From an uncultured Spirochaetota bacterium (GTDB lineage Bacteria; Spirochaetota; Spirochaetia; SZUA-6; Fen-1364), in the NCBI GenBank assembly GCA_963820525.1, contig CAWGAA010000001.1, positions 1,184,001-1,248,000 of the forward strand: a DNA stretch of 64,000 nt, given 5' to 3'. A program made the position numbers and the translations under genes. Shown piece after piece: positions 40,943-49,626 of the stretch (position 1 is its first letter; every line of letters begins with the position of its first letter). The notes under the pieces are model-generated. The model was not told the origin of the DNA. It was given only the letters and a program-made list of their open reading frames with translations, and did no database searches.

Positions 40943-43336
40943 CTATCCCTGGCGCTGCTTCAGCGCGTGCCACACACGCTCGGGCGTTGCGGGAATTTCA
41001 CGTAGGCGAACCCCCGTCGCGTCGTAGATTGCATTCACGACCGCGGGCGCTACGCCGTCGGTAGGAATTTCTGCAGCGGCTTTTGCTCCGAACGGTCCCG
41101 ATGGATCGCGCCCGGGCGCGATGAATCTCTCAATGGTCGGCATCTCGTTCGCTCGAAAAATGTAGTAATCGCGTAGATTGCCGTTGAGTAACCTGCCTTG
41201 CTCGTCGAACAGCATTTCCTCACACACACCGTAGCCGAGCGACATCGCAAGCCCGCCGTCAATCTGCCCCTCGACGCCCACCGGGTTGATGGGTTGTCCG
41301 CAATCGATGCCGAACACGAGTCTGTTCACGCGCACCTCGCCCGTCTGCATGTCCACCTCAACTTGAGCGAACTGGGCGGCGAATGGCGGTGCGTACATCA
41401 GCGACATATGCGAGTCCGCGGCTTGAATTTGATGTTGGTCGCGCACGTGCAGTGATTCGAGTGCAACCTCGCGAAGCGCAACGCTCCCGCCATCGGGCGC
41501 AATGACGCAGCCATCGGCAAGCCGCAGGATCCCGGGCTCACAGTCCAGCATTCGCCCCGCCACTTCCTTGATCATCCCCGCCACTTTTTCCGCCGCCTTC
41601 TTCACCGCCCCGCCTGAGACGAACGTCGTGGATGAGGCATATGCGCCTTTGTCGAAGGGCGTGAGGTCGGTGTCCGCCGCGTAGACCTGGATGTCGTCCA
41701 CGCGGCACCCCAGCACTTCGGCGGCGATCTGCGCAAGGACCGTATCCGCGCCCGTGCCCAGGTCCGTCGCCCCGAACATCAAGTTGAAGGAGCCGTCGTC
41801 GTTCATCTTGAGATACGCGCCGCCCATGTCAATCCCGGGGATGCCGCTGCCGTGAATCAGGGCCGCCATGCCGATACCGCGGCGAACGTGCGGGCGATCC
41901 GCAAGTACGTGCCAATCCGGATCGCGCCGTCTTTCCCACCCAATGAGATGCGCGCCGCGCTCGACGCACTGCGCGAGTGCCGTCGAGCGCAGAGGATTCG
42001 GAAAACCTTTGCGTCCTTCGCCCAACGCCTCGGCGAGCGCGAACGTATCGCCCACCTGCACCCAGTTGCGCCGCCGAAACTCGATGGGGTCGAGGCCTAA
42101 TTCACAGGCGATTTCGTCCATGTGCACTTCGAGCGCGAACAGACCCTGCGGCGCGCCATAGCCGCGCATTGCGCCCGCGGGAGGAAGATTCGTGTACACC
42201 ACATCCATCTCGAAGCGCAGGTTTTTGCAGCGATACAGAGCGAGAGTCTTCGATCCCGTGTTGCCCTGCACTGTCAGCGAATGCGAGCCATACGCTCCCG
42301 TGGCCGCCAAGAGCTTTAGCGTCATCGCCGTGATCGTTCCATCACGGCTCACGCCGGTCTTTAGGCGCAGGATTTGCGGATGACGACTGCGCGCGGAGTT
42401 GAACTCCTCCTCCCGCGAGTATTCCAGGCGCACGGGCTTGCCGGTAACCATGGTCAGGTACGCGCAGATGTCTTCGACCACGATTTCCTGCTTGCCGCCA
42501 AAGCCCCCGCCCAGGCGCGGCTTGAGCACGCGAATGCGTTTCTCGGACAGGCCGAGCACCGGCGCGAGGATGCGGCGCACGTGGAATGGGACTTGCGTCG
42601 CCGAGCGAATCACCAGGCGGTCGTCCTCGTCCCAGTACGTGATGCAGACGTGGGGCTCCAGCGCCACGTGCTGCACTTGCGGCACGCGATACTCGCCTTC
42701 GAACACACGATATGCTTCCGCGTACCCCGCCGCCAGATCGCCTGCCTCAGCCTCCATGTGCGCGGCGATGTTGCGCTGAGGAATGAATACCCCTTCAATG
42801 CCGGAGCAGTCCGGCTCGTCGTGGAGAATAGGCGCGCCGGCATTCAGCGCGTCTTGGGGTTTCATCACCGCGGGCAGTACCTCGTATTCGACCTCAATGA
42901 GCGCGAGAGCGCGCTGCGCGATCTCCTCCGTGTCCGCCGCCACCGCCGCGACGCGGTCACCGACAAAGCGCACTTTCTGATCGAGGACGAGCGAATCCAA
43001 CGGCGAGGGCAGCGGATATGATTGTCCCGCCGTCGTGAATCGCACGGGCCGGATGTCGCGGTGAGTCAGCACGGCGCGCACGCCGGGCAAGGCGCTGGCC
43101 TTGGATGCGTCAATCCGCTTTATGCGCGCGTGCGCGTGCGGGCTGTGCAGGATTTTGGCTTGCTGCATTCCGGGCAGCGTGAAATCGTCCGTGAATACGG
43201 GCTTGCCGAGCGCGAGCTTCACCGCGTCCACGCGCGGCACCGATGTGCCGACCACGCGGAACTGGCCGGGCGTGAGTCCTTCCGGATGCTCGCTCATCTT
43301 CAGCATCCGGTCCGGGTCATTATACGGGCGGGACAT
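40943..43336 (-). CDS. Xanthine dehydrogenase-family molybdopterin-binding large subunit (XdhD/YgfN-like)
   Basis: SPHAHA, TQVPF, GGGFGGKQ, AMRGYGAPQ, AYASSTT, GQIDGG, GAKAAAE. Confidence 0.9.
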   Translation of the reverse strand: MSRPYNDPDRMLKMSEHPEGLTPGQFRVVGTSVPRVDAVKLALGKPVFTDDFTLPGMQQAKILHSPHAHARIKRIDASKASALPGVRAVLTHRDIRPVRFTTAGQSYPLPSPLDSLVLDQKVRFVGDRVAAVAADTEEIAQRALALIEVEYEVLPAVMKPQDALNAGAPILHDEPDCSGIEGVFIPQRNIAAHMEAEAGDLAAGYAEAYRVFEGEYRVPQVQHVALEPHVCITYWDEDDRLVIRSATQVPFHVRRILAPVLGLSEKRIRVLKPRLGGGFGGKQEIVVEDICAYLTMVTGKPVRLEYSREEEFNSARSRHPQILRLKTGVSRDGTITAMTLKLLAATGAYGSHSLTVQGNTGSKTLALYRCKNLRFEMDVVYTNLPPAGAMRGYGAPQGLFALEVHMDEIACELGLDPIEFRRRNWVQVGDTFALAEALGEGRKGFPNPLRSTALAQCVERGAHLIGWERRRDPDWHVLADRPHVRRGIGMAALIHGSGIPGIDMGGAYLKMNDDGSFNLMFGATDLGTGADTVLAQIAAEVLGCRVDDIQVYAADTDLTPFDKGAYASSTTFVSGGAVKKAAEKVAGMIKEVAGRMLDCEPGILRLADGCVIAPDGGSVALREVALESLHVRDQHQIQAADSHMSLMYAPPFAAQFAQVEVDMQTGEVRVNRLVFGIDCGQPINPVGVEGQIDGGLAMSLGYGVCEEMLFDEQGRLLNGNLRDYYIFRANEMPTIERFIAPGRDPSGPFGAKAAAEIPTDGVAPAVVNAIYDATGVRLREIPATPERVWHALKQRQG

Positions 43337-43796
43337 GGCGTGCCTCCCCGTTCACCACGCGCATCACCGCTTCAACGGGCTTAACGTACCCCGTGCAGCG
43401 GCAGAGAACGCCGCCGAGCGCGTCGCGGACTTCCTCTTCGCTCGGGTGCGCATTCTCTTCGAGCAATGCTTTCGCGGCCAGAATCCGCGCCGGCGTGCAG
43501 TATCCGCACTGGATTGCCCCTGCTTCGACGAACGCGGCCTGCAGCGGATCCAGCCGTTCGCGAGAGCCCAAGGCTTCGATAGTCGTGATGCGCTTTCCAT
43601 CGGCTTGCGCGGCGAGCATGATGCAGCTATTGACCAGCTTGCCGTCCAGAATCACCGCGCATACCCCGCACATGCCGTCTTCGCAGCCATGCTTGACACC
43701 GTAGAAACCTTCGCGTCGAAGCACGTGCAGGAGGGTTTCGACGGGCTCGACGACCCATGTCAGCGGAACCCCGTTCACGTTCACATGGACTTCCAT
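43320..43796 (-). CDS. [2Fe-2S] small subunit, CoxS/XdhC-type
   Basis: GCEDGMCGVC, QCGYCTP, CRCTGY. Confidence 0.9.
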   Translation of the reverse strand: MEVHVNVNGVPLTWVVEPVETLLHVLRREGFYGVKHGCEDGMCGVCAVILDGKLVNSCIMLAAQADGKRITTIEALGSRERLDPLQAAFVEAGAIQCGYCTPARILAAKALLEENAHPSEEEVRDALGGVLCRCTGYVKPVEAVMRVVNGEARHVPPV

Positions 43797-44650
43797 TACA
43801 CAGCTCCTTGTGCGTTTGCCCAGGCTTGCGTGAGAGCGCGCTGCGCAATGACTGCGGCCATTTCGCGCCGGTACTGGCTGGACGCGCGGATATCCCCGAG
43901 TGGAGAGAGTGCTGCGGCAAATTGCTCGATCGCACGGGCTAAACGCTTCTCATCCCAGGCGTGTCCTACAAGTGCAGATTCGATGGACACGGCACGAATA
44001 ACCCGCGTGCCCACGCCGCCTACGGCCAGCCGCACGCGTGTGCATACCAGACCATCGGGGACGACCAGCGCCGCCGCGTTCACAATCGCCGTATCATTCG
44101 GCGTGCGCGCCACACGGACCAGCGCAGCGCCGAAAGGTTTCGCGGGAACCGGGATGCTCAGATCGATGAGAATGCCCGCGCCGAGACAATCGCCCGGCGC
44201 TTTCATGAACTTATCGAGGGCGGCAGTGCGTATCACCTTTGTCCGCATCGAAACGTGCGCGTCGAGCGCTAAAAACGTCGCAAGCAGATCGCACGCTGTT
44301 CCTCCTGAAATGATAGTGCCGCCAATGGTCGCTACGTTGCGGACGTTACGCGGCGCGCACACCCGTGCCGCCTCCGCCAGTATGCCGTTAGCAAAAGCCC
44401 GCGCCATTGGGTCAGACGCCAGCGCTTGAAGGGTAGTCATCGCACCGAGGCGTATCGGCCGTTCCTGCCATTCGATACCAGCGAGATCCAGCGCACTTAA
44501 ATCTACAACTGCGCGCACCGAATCGTTGCGCGATGGAATGAGTGCGGTGCCCCCCGCGAGTGGAACGGTATGAATCATGCTTCGCGCGAGTAGACGCAGC
44601 GCTTCGTTCAGCGTACTCGGGCGAAGATATTCTTCGAGGTTGGGCAGCAT
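43796..44650 (-). CDS. FAD-binding medium subunit (CoxM/YgfM-like)
   Basis: Y.RP.TL.EA, AGGT, RNVATIGG, DIRAS.YR. Confidence 0.85.
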   Translation of the reverse strand: MLPNLEEYLRPSTLNEALRLLARSMIHTVPLAGGTALIPSRNDSVRAVVDLSALDLAGIEWQERPIRLGAMTTLQALASDPMARAFANGILAEAARVCAPRNVRNVATIGGTIISGGTACDLLATFLALDAHVSMRTKVIRTAALDKFMKAPGDCLGAGILIDLSIPVPAKPFGAALVRVARTPNDTAIVNAAALVVPDGLVCTRVRLAVGGVGTRVIRAVSIESALVGHAWDEKRLARAIEQFAAALSPLGDIRASSQYRREMAAVIAQRALTQAWANAQGAV

Positions 44651-44677
44651 TTCACTCCACCTCCCTCACGTCGATAC
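44599..44677. repeat. Direct repeat copy 1: RBS and 5' end of the FAD-subunit gene
   Basis: Matches 45951-46029 with 4 mismatches counted by eye. Confidence 0.9.
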
Positions 44678-44724
44678 CTTCGAAAATAACATACGCCCCC
44701 ACCCGTGCCAATAGAGAGCCCTCT

Positions 44725-45309
44725 TCACTTCAACATGCCACCCATAATGACATCGATCACCTTTTCTTCTTCCAAGCCCCTCGCCATCAGCGTCTCCACC
44801 TGTTTCTGGTCCACCCTTCCAATTGCCGCCTCATGTTTAGCCTTGGCCAATTCATGCGTGACGCTAACCTTCGGAACAGCGGTCGCTTCCGCCCGGCCCT
44901 GGACTATCTCCACGCAATCCACATGCCCCCGTGCCCCGCGGGCACCAGCGGCAAGCTCGCTGACAATATCGCTTCTTGCCTCTCCCTTGACCGAGACCCG
45001 GCTTTTAATGAGGCCCCGTGCGTCTTCTCCCAGGAGATTGGCCGCCTCACGGATTCTGATCCGATCGGTGCCGGAGCCGTAGACTTTGGCCGTCATCTCC
45101 ATGGATGAACCTGCCAGCGCCTCAGTGTCGTAGTCCAAATCCAGCAGCCCCACCCTGCCGTGAAGCAGGGAAAAGTTCGTGACAAGACGGCTGTTATTTC
45201 CGATTCGGATTTTCGCTTTGGGAATGACCTCAATACCGCCTTTATCGCCGTAGAAATGTACTTCATTGTACGCGTAGGATGCTCTATTGCCCACTTCGAT
45301 CTCCGCGGC
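44725..45309 (-). pseudogene. 5'-truncated, diverged second copy of sufB/D
   Basis: AAEIEVGNRASY...GHVDCVEIVQG...HEAAIG...LMARGL is collinear with 46871-47455 (offset 2146) with many substitutions; the first ~115 codons are missing. Confidence 0.9.
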
Positions 45310-45407
45310 GACTTCCGAGCCGACAGATGGCGACCAAACACTGACTGCTGAAGGTAGCTGCGGTCCATCTCCCGGGCTGGTGGATTGCATGATCGGCGAC
45401 GATGAGC

Positions 45408-45854
45408 CTAGTTGGCCTGCCAGTCGTCTTCAAGCACTCCTACGATCTCTGACCTCAGGTTCTTGCCCGCCGTCTGCCTCTTTGAGATAGCGTGCAGGAC
45501 GGCGAACGAGCCAGCGAAAAAGACCGCCGCGCCGGCGATGCCAATCCCCTCACTCGCCCCGGGTGCCCCGAGTGCCAGCCCTAGGGCTGCCCCGACACCG
45601 TAGCCGGCGAACAATGCAAGCAGTGGCACGACGAACAGCTTCAGCGACGCCTTCGCCGGGTTGATTCCCTTTGTTTCTATCAGGACTCGGTCGCCGGGCG
45701 AGACGCCTACGCGGTCGAAGACCTCCGCTTCCATGTACTTGCCGAGGTCATGGTACAGGCAGCCCTGGCAGCCCATAGCACAATCCCTTGGACGTTCAAT
45801 TTGAACCAGCGCCTTGCTGTGGCCGCTCTCGATCACGATTCCTCGTTCCTCCAT
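45408..45854 (-). CDS. RseC/MucC family membrane protein
   Basis: MEE.G.V....A.V...R..C..GC.GC; GD.V; 2 TM. Confidence 0.75.
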   Translation of the reverse strand: MEERGIVIESGHSKALVQIERPRDCAMGCQGCLYHDLGKYMEAEVFDRVGVSPGDRVLIETKGINPAKASLKLFVVPLLALFAGYGVGAALGLALGAPGASEGIGIAGAAVFFAGSFAVLHAISKRQTAGKNLRSEIVGVLEDDWQAN

Positions 45855-45950
45855 AAGAACCTCCGTGGCCTGCGCGAAGAGTATTCTGCATCGACCGACA
45901 ATGAAAACCTGAGACGTTAAAATTGCCTTTCGAGTGATACCTCAGTTTGC

Positions 45951-46029
45951 GCGCTTCGTTCAGCGTACTCGGGCGAAGGTATTCTTCGAGGTTGGGCAGC
46001 ATTTCACTCCACCTCACTCAAGTCGACAC
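45951..46029. repeat. Direct repeat copy 2: abortive start of the FAD-subunit gene (MLPNLEEYLRPSTLNEA)
   Basis: Near-identical to 44599-44677; homology ends after ~17 codons. Confidence 0.9.
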
Positions 46030-46065
46030 TCAAGACATTCACAGGCGTCCCCACCTGTGCCAACA

Positions 46066-46428
46066 TCAGCAGCACCCGGTTTTCCCGGCCAGGGAGGCGA
46101 AATCGAAGCCAAGCAAACGACTCAACTCGCCATTGACCCTCCGAAAGAAAATGCGAAGCTTTTCCTGGGCATCCAGATATGCGTTCACTTTTCCATTGAC
46201 CTTCCGCTGGATTTGCGAAATTTCCTCGAGATCGGTCACGGTGATGGCCCCTCTGACGTGCATTGCCTGGGTGGCCGTCTGGATACGCGCTTGCTTTTCC
46301 AGCAGTTGAAGCGCCTCTTCATCATCTTCAAGCCCCTCTCTTGCCTTGAGATACTCCTCAACCACTGGAGTCTGTCGCAATGCTTCCCCAAGAGCACGTG
46401 CCGATTGCTCAAGCTGAATGAGCGTCAT
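46066..46428 (-). CDS. YlbF/YmcA-like helical protein, C-terminus GKTGCC
   Basis: A..LGEAL.......Y..A...L..DEEA..L...YLDAQ..L.......N..L...LGFDF pattern. Confidence 0.7.
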   Translation of the reverse strand: MTLIQLEQSARALGEALRQTPVVEEYLKAREGLEDDEEALQLLEKQARIQTATQAMHVRGAITVTDLEEISQIQRKVNGKVNAYLDAQEKLRIFFRRVNGELSRLLGFDFASLAGKTGCC

Positions 46429-46437
46429 CTCACCACC

Positions 46438-46833
46438 TCACCCGCAACGGCTGCTCGCGCCATGCAGCGCGAAATCGATATCTAAAGCTTCGCTCAAGTG
46501 AACGTTCAAGACCTGGCACAAGGTGTGCAACTCACCCTCAGCTTCCAGATAGGAAGCGACGGCAGGCATCAGCCTGTAGGAGGCGGAGAGTTCCTGGAGC
46601 TTCTTCCGATGCACGGGAGCGGCGATGTTAAGCAGATTGCCGCCGCGTACCCGCGACTGCAGCTCTCGAATGCGCCGAGCGGTTGTCATGGCATGTTCGC
46701 CCTTCGCGATACCTGCCAGCGCCTCCTCCCATTCATGGAACTGCTGGGTTTCGAGCAGCATCTTCGCGAACGTATAGGCCGCTTCCCGCACGGCATCCGG
46801 GATGTCCCCCGATTCATTTTGGCTCATTCTCAT
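46438..46833 (-). CDS. YlbF/YmcA-like helical protein, C-terminus SSRCG
   Basis: AA..FA..L.ET..F...P.VASYLEAE..L......LN..LS..L.IDF. Confidence 0.6.
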   Translation of the reverse strand: MRMSQNESGDIPDAVREAAYTFAKMLLETQQFHEWEEALAGIAKGEHAMTTARRIRELQSRVRGGNLLNIAAPVHRKKLQELSASYRLMPAVASYLEAEGELHTLCQVLNVHLSEALDIDFALHGASSRCG

Positions 46834-46870
46834 ACTCCTTCAATGAAACGACCAACTGCGTGCGCCCCCT

Positions 46871-47806
46871 TCACTTCAGCATCCCGCCGATGACCAGGTC
46901 GATCGCCCTTTCCTCCTCCAGGCCCCTCGCCATCAGCGTTTCCACCTGTTTCTGGTCCACCCTTCCGATGGCCGCCTCGTGCGTGACCTTGGCCAGTTCA
47001 TGCGTGACACTGACCTTCGGAACGGCGGTCGCTTCCGCCCGACCCTGGACAATCTCCACGCAATCCACATGCCCCCTTGCCCCGCGGGCGCCGGCGGTGA
47101 GCTCGCTGACAATATCGCTTCTAGCCTCTCCCTTGACCGCGATCCGGCTTTTGATCAGGCCTCGGGAGCCTTCGCCTAGGAGATGGGCAGCTTCACGGAT
47201 CCTGATCCGATCCGTGCCGGAGCCGTAGACTTTGGCCGTCATCTCCATGGATGAGCCGGCCAGCACCTCCGTATCGTAGTCCAAATCGAGCAGTCCCACC
47301 CTGCCCTGGAGCAGGGAAAAGTTGGTGACCAGACGGCTGTTATTCCCGATACGGATCTTCGCCTTGGGAATGACTTCAATACCGCCGTCCTGGCCATGGA
47401 AATGAACCTCGTTGTACGTGTAGGAGGCCCTGTTGCCCACTTCGATCTCCGCGGCCATGCGGTGTACCACTTTCACGGCATTCGGAAAAACGCAGTGGGC
47501 AAGCAGCTCCACGCCGGAGCCATCCTGAATCTCGACATTCATCAGGATCTCCTGCACTCCCTCTTGAGGCATGACCCCAAAGCACAGGTGCACCGGCCGC
47601 TCGATTCGGACCCCCTTCTTGACGATCAGCCGCACCCGCACCCCCGATTCCGTTTCCACAGGCTCGAGAATCAGGCCATCCACAAGGTGACTCCCGATGA
47701 CCTTGTTTTTGTGGACGACCAGGTGGGCGATATTCGAATCCTTGAATGTCTCCGGCGTTCCTCCGGCCTGTGCGTAGGCGTCCAGCATGAGCTCATAGTC
47801 CTGCAT
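46871..47806 (-). CDS. sufB: SufB/SufD-family Fe-S scaffold (minimal SMS/SmsB-type)
   Basis: PVHLCFG, AHC.FPNA, YNEVH.HG, GHVDC.EI, VTHEAAIG, LMARGL; short archaeal/anaerobe-like form. Confidence 0.85.
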   Translation of the reverse strand: MQDYELMLDAYAQAGGTPETFKDSNIAHLVVHKNKVIGSHLVDGLILEPVETESGVRVRLIVKKGVRIERPVHLCFGVMPQEGVQEILMNVEIQDGSGVELLAHCVFPNAVKVVHRMAAEIEVGNRASYTYNEVHFHGQDGGIEVIPKAKIRIGNNSRLVTNFSLLQGRVGLLDLDYDTEVLAGSSMEMTAKVYGSGTDRIRIREAAHLLGEGSRGLIKSRIAVKGEARSDIVSELTAGARGARGHVDCVEIVQGRAEATAVPKVSVTHELAKVTHEAAIGRVDQKQVETLMARGLEEERAIDLVIGGMLK

Positions 47807-48566
47807 CAGGCCGACTCTCCTCACTCTGATGGCGCTCCTCCGCTTCGAAGACCCTTGTCGGGCAGGGGATGCATTTCTCCTTGAAATACCTCCCCACTTC
47901 GGGCGGCTTTCCCTCCTTCACGATGAGGCCGGAGCAGATGAGCGAGCTCCTGTCCGCTATCTCCGCCACTTCCTCTCGGTGGGTGATCAGGAGCACGGTG
48001 GTTCCCTGCTCCTTCAGCTCCTGGATCAAGAGGACTATATTGTCCAGGGCCAGAATATCGATCCCCGAGTCCGGCTCGTCCAAAATCGCCAGGCGCGGCT
48101 TCATGGCGAACACCGCCGCAAGCTCGATGCGCTTTCTTTCCCCGCCGCTCAGAGTTTTGTCCACCGGCCGCTGAAGGTAGTCCTTCGGCGTGAGCAGGAC
48201 TTTCTCCAACGCTTCCTCGACTCGGCCGGTACGGTCGGCGCCGATGCCGACGGAGATAAAGTCCCTCACGGTCAAACCTTCGAAACGGGCCGGCTCCTGC
48301 CACGCGAGAGTCATCCCCATCTTTGCCCGCTGGGAGATGGAAAGGCGCGTGATGTTCTTGTTCAGGAAGAAAATCGATCCACTCGTAAGGGCGTAGTCAT
48401 GGCAGCCCATGAGGGCTGCCGCGAGGCTGGATTTTCCGGCCGCGTTCGAGCCCAGGATCGAGTGCACGGTACCGGCTCTGACTGAGAGAGAAACCTCCTT
48501 CAGAATGGACCTTCCGTCTCGAACCAGAGAAATATGATCTGCGCGCAGCATCTCCGTCTTATCCAT
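47793..48566 (-). CDS. sufC: SufC-like ABC ATPase (SmsC-type)
   Basis: GSNAAGKSS, WQEPARFEG, LSGGERKRIE, LDEPDSGID, C-terminal CIPC; overlaps sufB. Confidence 0.85.
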   Translation of the reverse strand: MDKTEMLRADHISLVRDGRSILKEVSLSVRAGTVHSILGSNAAGKSSLAAALMGCHDYALTSGSIFFLNKNITRLSISQRAKMGMTLAWQEPARFEGLTVRDFISVGIGADRTGRVEEALEKVLLTPKDYLQRPVDKTLSGGERKRIELAAVFAMKPRLAILDEPDSGIDILALDNIVLLIQELKEQGTTVLLITHREEVAEIADRSSLICSGLIVKEGKPPEVGRYFKEKCIPCPTRVFEAEERHQSEESRPDAGL

Positions 48567-49197
48567 CGCGGTGTTCCACCTCTGCGCGCGGCAAATCGGG
48601 CGGAACCGTTTTCCCATCGTCGGAATCCCTGCCGGCCTCTGACCGTGCATCGAGATCTCGGGCCACGCGAATTGCCGTCTTGAGTATGACGTCAAGACGC
48701 GCGAGGCGTCCCCATCCCTCTCCGCCGCAGGCCATTTCCCCATACTCAGGCTCGACGAAATGGTAGCCGTAGGCTTTCAGCTTCCTGACATTATCCTGGA
48801 CGATGGGATTCAGCCACATGTTCTCGTTCATGGCGGGACAGATAATGACCGGCGCCTTCAGAGCCATGATGATGGTGGTGAGCATGTCGTCGGCTATGCC
48901 GCCCGCGACCTTGCCGATGAAGTTCCCCGTGGCTGGCGCCACCACGGCGAGGTCTGCAAATCGGGCGAGCACGATATGCTCGACGCGGGAATGATCCCCA
49001 TCCGCGAACATACCCACCGTGACCCGATGCCCCGAGATCGTCTCGAGAGTCAACGGTGGAATGAACTTTGTGGCCGCCTCCGTCATGATCACGCGCGTGT
49101 CGGCGAGCCGCGACCGGAACATGCCGATCAGGTCGGCAGCTTGGTAAGCGGCGATCCCTCCGGTAACACCGAGAAGGATGCGTTTCCCTGCAAGCAC
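48559..49197 (-). CDS. Stand-alone HFCD flavoprotein (phosphopantothenoylcysteine decarboxylase/CoaC-like, no CoaB domain)
   Basis: ILLGVTGGIAAY, HI.LA, APAT.N.I.K.A.GIAD, PAMNENMW, G.MACG..G.GR. Confidence 0.85.
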   Translation of the reverse strand: MLAGKRILLGVTGGIAAYQAADLIGMFRSRLADTRVIMTEAATKFIPPLTLETISGHRVTVGMFADGDHSRVEHIVLARFADLAVVAPATGNFIGKVAGGIADDMLTTIIMALKAPVIICPAMNENMWLNPIVQDNVRKLKAYGYHFVEPEYGEMACGGEGWGRLARLDVILKTAIRVARDLDARSEAGRDSDDGKTVPPDLPRAEVEHRDG

Positions 49198-49245
49198 GGG
49201 ATAATTCTCACGGGGCCGGAGCGAGTGCCCGGCCTTCCGTGGTCC

Positions 49246-49614
49246 TCAGCAGGCTGCCGCCGGAGCGGCGTTGGCGGCGAAGTCGAAGCCGAGAAGACTG
49301 CTCATGGCCTGGTTGCAGCTCCCCAGCAACTCCAGGGCTTCGTCCCGAGCAGTAACGAGCCGGACGTTCGCGGGATGGGTAGTGACCCTCTTGTACAGCG
49401 CGCGCAGCTTCGAGATATCTTCCTGGGAGTACGTTCCGTCGAACTGCTTGGTTCGAAACTCCTCGACCATCCGGGCGTGCTGGTCGAGCAAGGCCGACAA
49501 TTCCTCGTCACCCTCCATTGAAGCCTTCGCCTCCTTAAATGCAGAGACGACAGGGCTCGCCGCGAGCACACGCACGAACTCGTCGGCCGATTCTTGAAGT
49601 GTCGTATCGATCAT
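49246..49614 (-). CDS. YlbF/YmcA-like helical protein, C-terminus PAAAC
   Basis: A..F...L..SP....F..A......DEE...L...HP......A.......L..CN...S.LLGFDFA. Confidence 0.7.
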   Translation of the reverse strand: MIDTTLQESADEFVRVLAASPVVSAFKEAKASMEGDEELSALLDQHARMVEEFRTKQFDGTYSQEDISKLRALYKRVTTHPANVRLVTARDEALELLGSCNQAMSSLLGFDFAANAAPAAAC

Positions 49615-49626
49615 ATGATCCCTCCG

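Noticed and set aside
37246..44650. Molybdoenzymes as Aio/Arr/Arx arsenic oxidoreductase or aerobic CO dehydrogenase
   Set aside because: Motifs are xanthine oxidase family, not DMSO reductase family; the active-site loops AMRGYG and AFRGFG are not the form I CoxL AYxCSFR
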